Part shown: in pieces, positions 33,907 to 42,772 of the stretch | How positions within the stretch are numbered: position 1 is the stretch's first letter | Layout: the number at the start of each line of letters is the position of its first letter | From: Dehalococcoidia bacterium | GTDB taxonomy: Bacteria; Chloroflexota; Dehalococcoidia; Lucifugimonadales; UBA3495 | Length of the DNA stretch: 64,000 bases | Direction of reading: 5' to 3' | NCBI GenBank assembly: GCA_034422655.1 | Contig: DAOUJN010000035.1 | Span: 78,549 to 142,548, forward strand | Made by a program: the position numbers and the translations under genes | Notes under the pieces: generated by a model | What the model saw: only the letters and a program-made list of their open reading frames with translations | The model's database searches: none | Told to the model about the DNA's origin: nothing

Positions 33907-34356
33907 TTACTCCCGGGATGCGTAGGATTCCTGGACGTCGGCCACCACGACGCCGTCCTGGTTGGTGAAGGTGGTTTCCCACACGGTGAAGACCATGGTT
34001 CCGGTGCGGCCCGTCTTGGGATAGACCTCTTTAAGGTGGGACGAGGCCGTCAGGCTGTCGCCGGCCACGATGGGGGCGCGAGACTGGACCCGCTGGCCGG
34101 CGTGGAAACGCACGACGCCAAATTTCAGTTCAATGTCCGGCAGTTCCACGTTGCGCACCAGCATGGTAACCAAAGTGGGCGGCGCCAGCACGCCGGCGTA
34201 TCCTGCGGCGCGGGCGGTTGCCGTGTCGGTGAACATGGGGTTGGTCTCACCGATGCTGCGGTTGAATATCTGCACCAGGTCGTCGGTAATTTCAAAGGGA
34301 CCGGCCTGGTGTTCCACGCCGTAAAGGTCCCGGTTGTATTCCAGTTCCATTGTCAT
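33907..34356 (-). CDS. MaoC N-terminal-type / FAS1-like dehydratase hotdog protein
   Basis: 149 aa from the ATG at 34356, after GGAGGAG. FNRSIGETNPMFTDTATARAAGYAGVLAPPT. Paired with the downstream MaoC gene (HadA/HadB-like arrangement). Confidence 0.7.
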   Translation of the reverse strand: MTMELEYNRDLYGVEHQAGPFEITDDLVQIFNRSIGETNPMFTDTATARAAGYAGVLAPPTLVTMLVRNVELPDIELKFGVVRFHAGQRVQSRAPIVAGDSLTASSHLKEVYPKTGRTGTMVFTVWETTFTNQDGVVVADVQESYASRE

Positions 34357-34385
34357 GGAAGGAAGCTCCTCCGCTAACTCGTCGA

Positions 34386-35042
34386 TTAGTCGTCCTTTTG
34401 AATGTCCTTCAGCCACACCGGGGTAAAGTCCCCTTCCAGAAGGGCATCCACCAGTTGATGCACGTCCCTCACCTCCCCGGGGAAGTAGGTCATGCAAGTC
34501 CCCAGGTGGCTGGCCAGGTGGGCGTCGCTGCCGCCGGTGCCCAGGTAGTTATACTCCCGGCAAAGGTTGTCGGCTCGTTCATTTTCTGCGGGGCGGCTGC
34601 CGCCGTTTATTCGCTCCACTATGGTAAGGTCGGGAAAGGTCTCGCCCTGGTCCATGTACTCCACCAGGCCAACGCCAACCCGGCCCGGGTGGGCGGGTAC
34701 GGCGATGCCCCCGTGGTGGCGGGCGGCCTTGATCAGTTCCCGCGCGTCCATCTTCACGTCGCCCAGGTCAATATCCTTCGCCAGTCCTTCGGTAACGCCG
34801 TACACCAGCACGTGGCCGTAGCGGGTATCCAGTTCCGACGCTTTTATTATGATCACGTCGTACTCGGCCGCCAATTGGGAATAGTCCTTGTCGAAATCGA
34901 ACTTGCGGTGTTCGCTGAGAACGAAACCGTCAATAGGGCTGCCCCGCTTGTTGCGGAGCACCTGCACCCATTTCACATACTGCTCAACGGTGGCCCGGGA
35001 GTCGTCGGAAGAAACAGAGTGGTTATGCAGGTCCAGGTACAT
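34386..35042 (-). CDS. PHP domain metal-dependent phosphoesterase
   Basis: The MYLDLHNHSVSSDDS N-terminal PHP motif, with GGSDAHL later in the sequence. Confidence 0.75.
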   Translation of the reverse strand: MYLDLHNHSVSSDDSRATVEQYVKWVQVLRNKRGSPIDGFVLSEHRKFDFDKDYSQLAAEYDVIIIKASELDTRYGHVLVYGVTEGLAKDIDLGDVKMDARELIKAARHHGGIAVPAHPGRVGVGLVEYMDQGETFPDLTIVERINGGSRPAENERADNLCREYNYLGTGGSDAHLASHLGTCMTYFPGEVRDVHQLVDALLEGDFTPVWLKDIQKDD

Positions 35043-35241
35043 GGGACGTAATATCAACTCCAGAAATTTTCACGCCCTTCGCGGCAAAAAACAGCGGGGC
35101 CAACGGCGCCTGAAATAGTTCAGCTAGACAAGAAACGGCACCCGGCGCCGGAAACAATAATAACCTTTGGGCAGTATTTCAGCAACCGATTGCCAGCTCG
35201 ACAGCCGGCCCTGCCCGCCGCTTTCCCTCCCTGTCCCTCAA

Positions 35242-35250
35242 TGCTAGAAT
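35242..35250 (+). promoter_or_regulatory. extended -10 box (TGcTAGAAT) upstream of asnS
   Basis: TGCTAGAAT lies 32 nt upstream of the ATG at 35282. The -35 is weak (TTTCCC). Confidence 0.35.
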
Positions 35251-35281
35251 CGGACTAAATGGGCCTGCGGGAGGCGATGCT

Positions 35282-36667
35282 ATGCAGCGTACCAGGGTCA
35301 AGGACATACTCAACCGCGAAGCCGCCGGCGGCGAGGTGCTGGTCCAGGGCTGGGTCAAGACCCGACGCTCCTCCGGCGCCGTTTCCTTCATCCAGATCAG
35401 CGACGGCTCAACCCTCACCGACCTGCAGATTGTGGTGGAACCCTCTTCTCCCGACTTCGCCCTGGTGGAATCCCTGGGCACAGGCTGCAGCGTAAGCGCC
35501 GTGGGCGAACTGGTGGAATCCGAGGGCAGGAACCAGAAGTACGAAGTCAAGGCGAGCAGCCTGGAAATCCTGGGCCAGGCCGACCCGGAAGAATACCCCC
35601 TGCAGAAGAAGCGGCACACCTTGGAATTTTTGCGGGAAATCGCCCACCTGCGTCCCCGCACCAACACCTTCGGCGCCATGGCCCGGGTGCGCAACACCAT
35701 GGCCTACGCCATCCACAGCTTCTTCCAGCAGCGGGGCTTCCAGTACATCCAGACGCCCATGATTACCGCCAGCGACGCCGAGGGCGCAGGCTCCATGTTC
35801 CGCGTTACCACCCTCGACCTGCAGGACCCGCCCCGCCGGGACGGCCTGGTGGACAGCGCCGAGGACTTCTTCGGCCAGCCCACCTACCTCACGGTCAGCG
35901 GGCAGCTGGAGGCCGAGATTTTCGCCCTGGCCCTGTCCGATGTCTACACCTTCGGCCCCACCTTCCGGGCCGAAAATTCCAACACTTCCCGCCACCTGGC
36001 CGAGTTCTGGATGGTGGAACCGGAGGTGGCCTTCTGCGACCTGGACGGCCTGGCGGAACTGGCCGAGGACTTCCTGAAGCACATCTTCAGCCAGGCCCTG
36101 GAGCAATGCCCCGAGGACATGGCGTTCTTCAACCGGTGGTACGACAACTCCGCCATCGAGACCCTGGAGGGCATCATCAACTCCAGCTTCGAGCGCATGA
36201 CCTACACCGAGGCCGTAAGGCTGCTGGAAAGCTCCGGCGAGACCTTCGAGTTCCCCGTCTCCTGGGGCCTGGACCTGCAATCGGAGCACGAGCGGTACCT
36301 CACCGAGAAGCGGGTGGGCCGTCCGGTGGTGGTTACCGATTACCCCAGGGAAATCAAGGCCTTTTACATGCGCCTGAACGACGACGGGGAGACGGTGCGG
36401 GCCATGGACGTGCTGGTGCCCCGCATCGGCGAAATCATCGGCGGCAGCCAGCGCGAGGAACGGGAGGACGTGCTGCTGGAACGGATGAAGCAGTCGGGGC
36501 TGGACGCGGAAAACTACTGGTGGTACCTGGACCTGCGCCGCTACGGCACCGTCCCCCACGCCGGCTTCGGCCTCGGCTTCGAGCGCACCGTCCAGTTCGC
36601 CACGGGAATGCAGAACATCCGCGACATAATCCCCTTCCCGAGAACGCCGAAGAATGTGGAGTTTTAG
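35282..36667 (+). CDS. asnS: asparagine--tRNA ligase
   Basis: 461 aa. Colinear with E. coli AsnS as I recall it ([58 protein letters not shown]). Confidence 0.93.
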   Translation: MQRTRVKDILNREAAGGEVLVQGWVKTRRSSGAVSFIQISDGSTLTDLQIVVEPSSPDFALVESLGTGCSVSAVGELVESEGRNQKYEVKASSLEILGQADPEEYPLQKKRHTLEFLREIAHLRPRTNTFGAMARVRNTMAYAIHSFFQQRGFQYIQTPMITASDAEGAGSMFRVTTLDLQDPPRRDGLVDSAEDFFGQPTYLTVSGQLEAEIFALALSDVYTFGPTFRAENSNTSRHLAEFWMVEPEVAFCDLDGLAELAEDFLKHIFSQALEQCPEDMAFFNRWYDNSAIETLEGIINSSFERMTYTEAVRLLESSGETFEFPVSWGLDLQSEHERYLTEKRVGRPVVVTDYPREIKAFYMRLNDDGETVRAMDVLVPRIGEIIGGSQREEREDVLLERMKQSGLDAENYWWYLDLRRYGTVPHAGFGLGFERTVQFATGMQNIRDIIPFPRTPKNVEF

Positions 36668-36770
36668 GGGGCCACCGATTATGTCCCCTGAATGAAACAG
36701 TCGTAAGAATCCGACTACAGACGTTTGAGGGTAACTGTTCAGAGTCAGTGGGAGAAAGGTGACCCCAGGT

Positions 36771-36800
36771 CCATCGTTCCGGCGAAAGCCGGAACCCAGG
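36771..36800. repeat. Family D hairpin element, copy 2a
   Basis: CCATCGTTCCGGCGAAAGCCGGAACCCAGG. Confidence 0.7.
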
Positions 36801-36840
36801 AAGGTAACCGTGCCTGCGACATATTGGATGGCAAGGCTTC

Positions 36841-36866
36841 TGGATACCGGCTTTCGCCGGTATGAC
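36841..36866. repeat. Family D hairpin element, copy 2b (inverted)
   Basis: TGGATACCGGCTTTCGCCGGTATGACGG. Its reverse complement CCGTCATACCGGCGAAAGCCGGTATCCAGAAGCC aligns with copy 1, and the changes in the stem are compensatory (ATT/AAT versus ATA/TAT). Confidence 0.7.
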
Positions 36867-36895
36867 GGTTTAAGAAGAGAATCTGCCTGAATGAA

Positions 36896-36952
36896 GACAG
36901 GACAAACAGGAAAACCTGAATCCTGTCCATCCTGCCCATCCATGTTTAACCC
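36896..36952. repeat. Family B inverted-repeat element, copy 3
   Basis: GACAGGACAAACAGGA...AATCCTGTCCATCCTGCCCATCCATGTTTAACCC. The right arm is nearly identical to copy 2. Ends 7 nt before the sulfurtransferase stop. Confidence 0.75.
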
Positions 36953-36958
36953 GGGGTT

Positions 36959-37804
36959 TTACGGCTTTTCTATTGGCGCCCCTACAATGCTGCCCCACTC
37001 GGTCCAGGAACCGTCGTAGTTGCGGACGTTTTGGTAGCCCAGGAGTTGGGTTAGCACGAACCAGGTGTGGGAGGACCGTTCGCCGATGCGGCAGTAGGCG
37101 ATGGTGTCCCGGCTGCCGTCAACGCCCTGCCCGCCGTAGAGCGCGGCCAGTTCGTCGGCGGACTTGAAGGTGCCGTCCTCGTTGGCGGCCTGGCCCCAGG
37201 GGATGTTGGCGGCGCCGGGGATGTGTCCGCCCCGTTGGGAGCCTTCCTGGGGCAGGTTGGGCGGCGCCAGCAGTTCCCCGCTGAACTCCGCCGGAGATCG
37301 CACGTCCACCAGGGCGGTGTTGCCGGCGCCCACGGCGGCCAGCACCTGGTCCCGGTAGGCGCGGATGCTCTCGTCCGGGTCCTTGGCCGAGTAATTGGTG
37401 GCGGCGTAGCTGGGGACATCGGTGGTCATGGGGCGGCCCTCCGCCTCCCACTTGGCCCTGCCGCCGTTCATCAGCTTCACGTCGGCGTGGCCGTAGTACC
37501 GGATCTGCCAGAAGGCCCAGGCGGCGAACCAGTTGTTGTTGTCGCCATACAAAACGATGGTGGTGTCGTTGCCAGCGCCGGAACCACCCAGCAGTTGTTC
37601 CATTTCTTCCTTGCTCAGCAGGTCGCGGCGGACCGACTGCTGCAACTGGCTCTGCCAATTCCAGCCCACGGCTCCCGCAATGTGGCCCTGCTCGTAGGCG
37701 GCGGTATCCACGTCCACCTCGATCAGCCGCACGTTGGCATCGCTGCCGTGTTCCGCCACCCACTCGGTGCTCACCAGGGACTCGGGATGAGCGTACTCTG
37801 CCAT
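36959..37804 (-). CDS. two-domain rhodanese sulfurtransferase (thiosulfate/3-mercaptopyruvate sulfurtransferase-like)
   Basis: 281 aa from the ATG at 37804, after GGAGAG. Active-site loop CRIGERSS. The upstream part of the 487-aa ORF has no support. Confidence 0.85.
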   Translation of the reverse strand: MAEYAHPESLVSTEWVAEHGSDANVRLIEVDVDTAAYEQGHIAGAVGWNWQSQLQQSVRRDLLSKEEMEQLLGGSGAGNDTTIVLYGDNNNWFAAWAFWQIRYYGHADVKLMNGGRAKWEAEGRPMTTDVPSYAATNYSAKDPDESIRAYRDQVLAAVGAGNTALVDVRSPAEFSGELLAPPNLPQEGSQRGGHIPGAANIPWGQAANEDGTFKSADELAALYGGQGVDGSRDTIAYCRIGERSSHTWFVLTQLLGYQNVRNYDGSWTEWGSIVGAPIEKP

Positions 37805-37840
37805 CTTATTCTCTCCTTCAACAGGTATCGGATGGTGTGA

Positions 37841-37868
37841 ATTATAGCGTCTGATTTCGTAAAGGCAA
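37841..37868 (-). promoter_or_regulatory. sigma70-type promoter for the sulfurtransferase gene
   Basis: On the minus strand: TTGCCT (37868-37863), 16-nt spacer, TATAAT (37846-37841). Confidence 0.55.
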
Positions 37869-37937
37869 TCTGCAATGCTGGCAGATACGCAATTATTGCA
37901 TGGGCCCATTCCACCACGAAAGCAGGGTTTCACTTCT

Positions 37938-37966
37938 TTGACACATTTCCAAAAGATATTTAATAT
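37938..37966 (+). promoter_or_regulatory. sigma70-type promoter for queF and the transporter gene
   Basis: TTGACA at 37938-37943, 17-nt spacer, TAATAT at 37961-37966. AT-rich context. Confidence 0.6.
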
Positions 37967-38032
37967 GTGGCAATAATCTTTGAATGTATGACAAAAGGTC
38001 TTCGCCCCCACAAGCGAGAGGAGGCTTGTTCC

Positions 38033-38461
38033 ATGGCCACCATCCCCGAACTCAAGGAGCAGTACGAGAGCCTGGACTCGCGGGTAGCCATACGCCAGGA
38101 TTCGGCCATCGACACCGAGTGCCTGATGGCCTTCCGGTACGAGTACCCGGGCCAGGAAACGGAGGTGGTCATCGACACCGACGAGTTCACCGCCGTGTGC
38201 CCCTGGACGGGCCTGCCCGACTACGGGACCCTGACGATAACCTACGTCCCCGGGGACAATTGCATCGAGCTCAAGTCCCTGAAATACTACCTGCTCTCCT
38301 TCCGCGACGTGGGCATAGTCCAGGAGCACGCCGCCAACCGCATTCTCCAGGACCTGGTTGCCTGCTGCCTTCCCCGCCGGATGAGGGTAAGCCTGGACTA
38401 CAAGGTAAGGGGCGGAATCCACACCGAGGTTTCGGTGGAGTACCAGGGGCCGGGGGAGTAA
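38033..38461 (+). CDS. queF: NADPH-dependent 7-cyano-7-deazaguanine (preQ0) reductase
   Basis: [15 protein letters not shown] catalytic-Cys motif and the later E..SLK.YL..FR pattern. ATG at 38033 follows GAGGAGG. Confidence 0.88.
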   Translation: MATIPELKEQYESLDSRVAIRQDSAIDTECLMAFRYEYPGQETEVVIDTDEFTAVCPWTGLPDYGTLTITYVPGDNCIELKSLKYYLLSFRDVGIVQEHAANRILQDLVACCLPRRMRVSLDYKVRGGIHTEVSVEYQGPGE

Positions 38462-38521
38462 CTGCCGGCCCGTTAATTGTTCGACAGACCCAGCGTATCT
38501 ATCTGCTTACTGGAGGCAATT

Positions 38522-39229
38522 ATGCGATTCACCGGAACTTTCGTAATCGTGGTGGCGTTGTTCATCACCGTGCTGATAACGTCCAACATCATCGCGGTAA
38601 AGCCCATCACAATTCTGCCGATCCAGTGGTTCGGCGACCCGGCAGTGATTCTGCCCGCCTCCATCATCATCTTCCCCATCAGTTATATCGTTGGTGACGT
38701 GCTGACCGAAGTGTACGGGTTTCGCGTCGCCCGGGGTGTTATCTGGCTGGGGTTTGCGATGAACCTGCTGGTGGTCATCGGCCTGTGGGTCACCGGAATT
38801 CTGCCCGGCGCCTTCTTCTGGGGCGAGTCGGACCAGGGTTCCTATGACCGCGTCCTGGGGCTGGTTCCGGGAATAGTCGTAGCCTCCTTCATCGCCTACC
38901 TGGTGGGCGAGTTTTCCAACTCCACCGTGCTGGCGCTGCTGAAATACAAGATGCAGGGGAGGCTCCTCTTCGTGCGCACCATCGGCTCCACAATTGTGGG
39001 CCAGGGCCTCGATTCGTTCATCTTCATATTCATAGCCTTTGGCGTGTTCAGCGACTGGTCAGGCACCGCCCTGTTCGGGGCCGCCCTGGCCCAGTGGATC
39101 GTCAAGATACTGTACGAATCGGTGGCCACGCCGCTGACCTACCTGGTGGTCAACTTCATGAAGCGGGTGGAGGAGATGGACGTTACCGACGCTCCCAGGT
39201 CCCTGAACCCCCTGGGTATCTTCGCGTAG
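38522..39229 (+). CDS. queuosine precursor transporter (YhhQ/DUF165, VUT family)
   Basis: Multi-TM protein. FPISYIVGDVLTEVYGFRVARGVIWLGF is a typical YhhQ motif. Adjacent to queF. Confidence 0.8.
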   Translation: MRFTGTFVIVVALFITVLITSNIIAVKPITILPIQWFGDPAVILPASIIIFPISYIVGDVLTEVYGFRVARGVIWLGFAMNLLVVIGLWVTGILPGAFFWGESDQGSYDRVLGLVPGIVVASFIAYLVGEFSNSTVLALLKYKMQGRLLFVRTIGSTIVGQGLDSFIFIFIAFGVFSDWSGTALFGAALAQWIVKILYESVATPLTYLVVNFMKRVEEMDVTDAPRSLNPLGIFA

Positions 39230-39274
39230 GACTTCGGGGAGCCAGGCGCCAATCAAATACAGCCGGTTTCACGG

Positions 39275-39316
39275 CCCCCGTCGCCATCACCCAGGCGACG
39301 GGGGTTCCCGCTTTCC
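39275..39316 (+). terminator. rho-independent terminator after the transporter gene
   Basis: CCCCCGTCGCC-atcaccca-GGCGACGGGGG forms an 11-bp stem, followed by TTCCCGCTTTCC. Confidence 0.55.
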
Positions 39317-39374
39317 CGGAAACGGGTAGTCCCGGGTGACTTCCTCGATGCCGTCGTCGCGGTGGGTGCCTTGC

Positions 39375-40748
39375 CTAGCCACCCAGCAGCGCGGTCAACT
39401 CCCGCACGCTGTCCAGAGAGTCCATCCTTCCCACGGTGGCGATTACTTCCTCGGTGGCCTCATCGCCCAGGCTGTCGCCAGCCAGGGCGCGGAACTTGTT
39501 GAGCAGGTCCTCCCGGGGCCGGGGGTTGTGGCTGTCCCCGTAGTGGGCGGCAGCACTGCCCTCCAGGGTGCGGCCATCGTTGAGGGTGATGGCCACCCGC
39601 GCCGCCGGATAGTCATACCGGCGCATGTTCATGTCCGGGTCTGGAAGAATCGCAACCCGGTCGGCCAGGGCGCGGACTGCGGGGTCTCCAACCCTGCCGT
39701 CGTAGAAGGCCGTTGCCCCGGTTTCACCGCCAACCAGGGCGGCGGCCAGGGCGTAGGGTATGGAGAACTTGGCCGACAGCATGTTCGCAGGCGCCGGGTT
39801 CGCCATGATTTGCACGATGGGCGGCGCGGTAACGTCAATGCGCTTGACGGCATCGGCCTTGAAGCCGTCCCGGTACTGCAAGGCCAGGGCCGCGTCCAGC
39901 ACGGGGTGGTTGTAGAGGCAGCAGGCGTGGTACTTGGTGTAGTTCTGCTCGATGCGCAGGGGCCCGATGGGGCCGGCATCTCCCCAGCCGGCAACCACCG
40001 CCTCGGGGTCAAACCCTTCGCCCAGGATGGAGGTGTAGAGGTCGGCCGGACCGTCGCTGACGGCGGTGAAGCCGCACTGCCCCAGGTAGGCGGCCATGAT
40101 GCCCTGGAATTCGGAGCGGCCGGGGTACAGGTTGCGGATGGTGGCCCCCTCCAGGCAAGGAGTCCAGGTGTTGGCGGGACTCATGGACATGGCCAGGTTC
40201 ATGGCCTGGCGGGTGGCTGCGGCGTCGTAGCCCAGCAGCTTTGCCGTGGCCGCCGCCGCGCCGATGGTGCCCCAGGTGCCGTGGGAATGCACCTCGGCCC
40301 TGGCCTGCACGCCGGTCCCGATGCGGGATGTAACCTCGTAGCCCACTATCACCGCCTCCAGGGCGGCCTTGCCGGAGGCGTCAACTTCCTCGGCCACGGC
40401 AATGGCCCCGGGCGTTACGTGGATGGAGGGATGCCCGCCGCCCAGCCTGCTGCCCTCGTCCAACTCCAGGGCAACCCCGGCGGTGGCGTTAACCAGGGCC
40501 GCGAAGACGGGCTGCACGCCGCCTGTCCGGTGGCCGAAAATGGTGGCATGGCCCGCGCCGCTCATAGTCCGGGCCAACTTGGCCAGGTTCGCATTCTCCG
40601 CCAACCGGCTCCCCGCCAGGATGGCGCCAACGGTGTCCAGCGCCACATCCCGCGCGGCTGCTATGGTGGATTCTGACAGGTGTTCGAGCCGGGTTTCCGC
40701 TACGAAGTGGGAGAGTTTGTCGAGGTAGTCGGGATGGTGGTTGTTCAT
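39375..40748 (-). CDS. MmgE/PrpD family protein (2-methylcitrate dehydratase-like)
   Basis: 457 aa. Typical PrpD-family N-terminus (LSHFVAETRLEHLSESTIAAARDVALDTVG) and length. Confidence 0.8.
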   Translation of the reverse strand: MNNHHPDYLDKLSHFVAETRLEHLSESTIAAARDVALDTVGAILAGSRLAENANLAKLARTMSGAGHATIFGHRTGGVQPVFAALVNATAGVALELDEGSRLGGGHPSIHVTPGAIAVAEEVDASGKAALEAVIVGYEVTSRIGTGVQARAEVHSHGTWGTIGAAAATAKLLGYDAAATRQAMNLAMSMSPANTWTPCLEGATIRNLYPGRSEFQGIMAAYLGQCGFTAVSDGPADLYTSILGEGFDPEAVVAGWGDAGPIGPLRIEQNYTKYHACCLYNHPVLDAALALQYRDGFKADAVKRIDVTAPPIVQIMANPAPANMLSAKFSIPYALAAALVGGETGATAFYDGRVGDPAVRALADRVAILPDPDMNMRRYDYPAARVAITLNDGRTLEGSAAAHYGDSHNPRPREDLLNKFRALAGDSLGDEATEEVIATVGRMDSLDSVRELTALLGG

Positions 40749-40906
40749 GGCAAACCTCCTGTGGGCGGACGAACAGTTTGGTGGCAGGATGGGGCTATCT
40801 TAACAGATGGTAACCGAATACTTGTGGTGAAACACGAAGGGCGCGATAGGAGAGGCAGCGTCTAGGCTGCTGGACCGGTCGCCGACTCTTTAAACTCAGC
40901 CTATCC

Positions 40907-40935
40907 TTGAAAAGGACAGGCCGCAGCTTTACCAT
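40907..40935 (+). promoter_or_regulatory. candidate promoter for the second Uma2 gene
   Basis: TTGAAA, 17-nt spacer, TACCAT. It lies 38 nt upstream of the ATG at 40973. Confidence 0.35.
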
Positions 40936-40972
40936 ACGGTACAGCAAATTTCGGCGCAGGCCAGGTGCGACT

Positions 40973-41584
40973 ATGACGAGTGCAACGGTCAAAGCTCCCC
41001 CAGCAACCCGGGAAAGGCGCAAGTTCACGGTGGACGAGTATTTCCGCATGGTGGAGGCGGGTGTTCTGCAACCCAAAGAGCGGGTGGAGTTGATTGAAGG
41101 GGAGATACTGATTATGCCACCGATGGGACCGCCTCATTTTGGGGGAATCAATAGGTACACCCGGGTTTTTCGGAGGCTTCCAATTGAAGAGTTCGATTTC
41201 CTGGTGCAAGCGCCCATCCTCTTGGAGGATAACTCGGCGCCGGAACCGGATTTTGCCCTGCTGAAATACCGGGACGACGAATATTCCCAGACTCTCCCTG
41301 GCCCCGCCGATACCCTGTTGGTGATTGAGGTATCCGACTCTTCGTTGAACTACGACTTGAACATTAAGGCGCACATTTACGGCAGAGCCGGAATTCCGGA
41401 GACGTGGGTGCTGAATTTGCCGGGCGATTGTCTGGAAAGATTTACCGAGCCCGGTCCGGAAGGATATACCCAACACATCACCCTGCGGCGGGGAGACAAA
41501 GTTACTCCGGTGGCCCTGCCCAACGTGGAGTTAGCGGTGGCGGATTTACTGCTGCCGGTGGCGCCTACGGTGGAGGAAGAGTAG
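40973..41584 (+). CDS. Uma2 family (DUF820) endonuclease
   Basis: FTVDEYFRMVEAGVLQPKERVELIEGEILIMPPMGPPH and LVIEVSDSS motifs. Confidence 0.8.
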   Translation: MTSATVKAPPATRERRKFTVDEYFRMVEAGVLQPKERVELIEGEILIMPPMGPPHFGGINRYTRVFRRLPIEEFDFLVQAPILLEDNSAPEPDFALLKYRDDEYSQTLPGPADTLLVIEVSDSSLNYDLNIKAHIYGRAGIPETWVLNLPGDCLERFTEPGPEGYTQHITLRRGDKVTPVALPNVELAVADLLLPVAPTVEEE

Positions 41585-41587
41585 GGC

Positions 41588-41620
41588 TTATCCACGAATG
41601 CTCACGAATTATCACTAATG
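41588..41620. repeat. Family A element, half copy
   Basis: TTATCCACGAATGCTCACGAATTATCACTAATG. It overlaps the last codons and the stop of the 41602-42726 gene. Confidence 0.8.
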
Positions 41621-42726
41621 GGTGGAGCAGGTTCTTCGTTGCCGTTAAGCAGGCCGTTGGCTTCGCGGTAGGCCTCTGTAAGGGCGGCTAAATGCTCTTC
41701 CTTAATGTTATCCAGCCTTATGTTGAATGAGCTTTTTCGTCCCAAAATCTGCTGCCCTAACATGTCCTGCAGCCTTTGTGCAGCCTGAGGCGAGTATTGT
41801 TCAAGATATCCGGTCTGAAACCGAAGAGCGGACCGGTGCATTACAACTCTGACAAGGTTCGGGTTATTGCCAGTGGGGAGACCTACCAGAAGGTTGCACC
41901 TTTCGTTGTGAACATACGTGTTGAGTTCTGCAACCTTTTCCATTTCCAAGCCAGTGGCCCAGTCATACAGCCTTAGAAATAATGGTCGAGCGTTTCCTTC
42001 CACCGAATCGATTCGGTCTCTGAAGAGAGCACCACCCTCCACGAAACTTCCAAAGTTTCCCATTGAGGATTGCCGTGCTCTGTCCTGTTCTTCCTCGCGT
42101 TCTCTAACTCTAACCAAATAATCTTGAGCTTCGGGTAATGGAATGATCTGGCTGGTCTCTACCAGGACTTCCGAGCCACTACGATGGGGTTGCATCCGAA
42201 TACAAGTGACATCCAGGCCAGCCTCATTGAGCCACAAGGCACAAGTTGTTAATTCCTGTGAGAACCCTTCGGAGGCCAGAATGATTCGTGGCCTTTCAGA
42301 AGCGAATCTAGCATCATCATTATTCTCCAAGTGCTCCCTGATTCGTTCCTCAGCGTCTTCCTCGATACCAAGCCTGTTCAAATAGGCTTGGTGGGCATCG
42401 ATGGCTTGCTGCAATGTTATGGTGGAAACCATCGCTGCGTACCGAATGGCCTGCAGGTCCATGTGAGAACCGCTATCGCCGCGCTTCAGTTCGACTACTA
42501 CCAGACGTCCAGAAGCGTCAAGGCACAATAGGTCTATGCTCCTGCCGGAGCCTTCCCAGTTAGAGAATTCTTCAGTGATAACGAATAGGCCATCTTCCAA
42601 CACTTCCGGCTTATCCCTCAGGATACGTTGCAAGTCCGCGCGTTCCAGAACCCCCTCCTGACCAAATGAAGTGGCTGGAATCTCCTCCAAACTTTCCTTA
42701 TTCCCCACCATCTTGTAAATCGCCAT
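41602..42726 (-). CDS. NucS/DUF91-like PD-(D/E)xK nuclease domain protein with an uncharacterised C-terminal half
   Basis: 374 aa from the ATG at 42726, after GGGGGTGA. RSIDLLCLDASGRLVVVELKRGDSGSHMDLQAIRYAAMV is the NucS-type nuclease core. GC is lower (about 47% in hand-counted lines). Confidence 0.65.
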   Translation of the reverse strand: MAIYKMVGNKESLEEIPATSFGQEGVLERADLQRILRDKPEVLEDGLFVITEEFSNWEGSGRSIDLLCLDASGRLVVVELKRGDSGSHMDLQAIRYAAMVSTITLQQAIDAHQAYLNRLGIEEDAEERIREHLENNDDARFASERPRIILASEGFSQELTTCALWLNEAGLDVTCIRMQPHRSGSEVLVETSQIIPLPEAQDYLVRVREREEEQDRARQSSMGNFGSFVEGGALFRDRIDSVEGNARPLFLRLYDWATGLEMEKVAELNTYVHNERCNLLVGLPTGNNPNLVRVVMHRSALRFQTGYLEQYSPQAAQRLQDMLGQQILGRKSSFNIRLDNIKEEHLAALTEAYREANGLLNGNEEPAPPISDNS

Positions 42727-42772
42727 GCTGTCACCCCCATCCTGGCCTTCTCCCGTCAAGGAGGAAGGGACT

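Noticed and set aside
35408-36943. Long antisense or alternative-frame ORFs. Examples: 35408..36943 (511 aa), 13135..14364, 22153..23589, 46550..47860, 50196..51695, 20563..21603 and 8554..9549.
   Set aside because: They lie opposite or out of frame to genes with clear family motifs. They have Arg/Gly/Pro/Ala-rich low-information composition typical of high-GC shadow ORFs, and they lack RBSs.
37805-38422. N-terminal 206 aa of the 487-aa ORF 36959..38422, which would extend the sulfurtransferase across queF.
   Set aside because: Rhodanese homology begins at the internal ATG at 37804, which has a GGAGAG RBS and its own TTGCCT-16-TATAAT promoter. The upstream part overlaps the well-supported queF gene on the other strand.
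37967-38521. Possible preQ1 riboswitch in the queF 5' UTR (37967-38032) or in the spacer between queF and the transporter gene (38462-38521).
   Set aside because: Neither region shows the preQ1-I hairpin plus A-rich tail ending in the SD sequence, nor the preQ1-II/III features. I found only 4-bp pairings, so the call is not supportable by eye.
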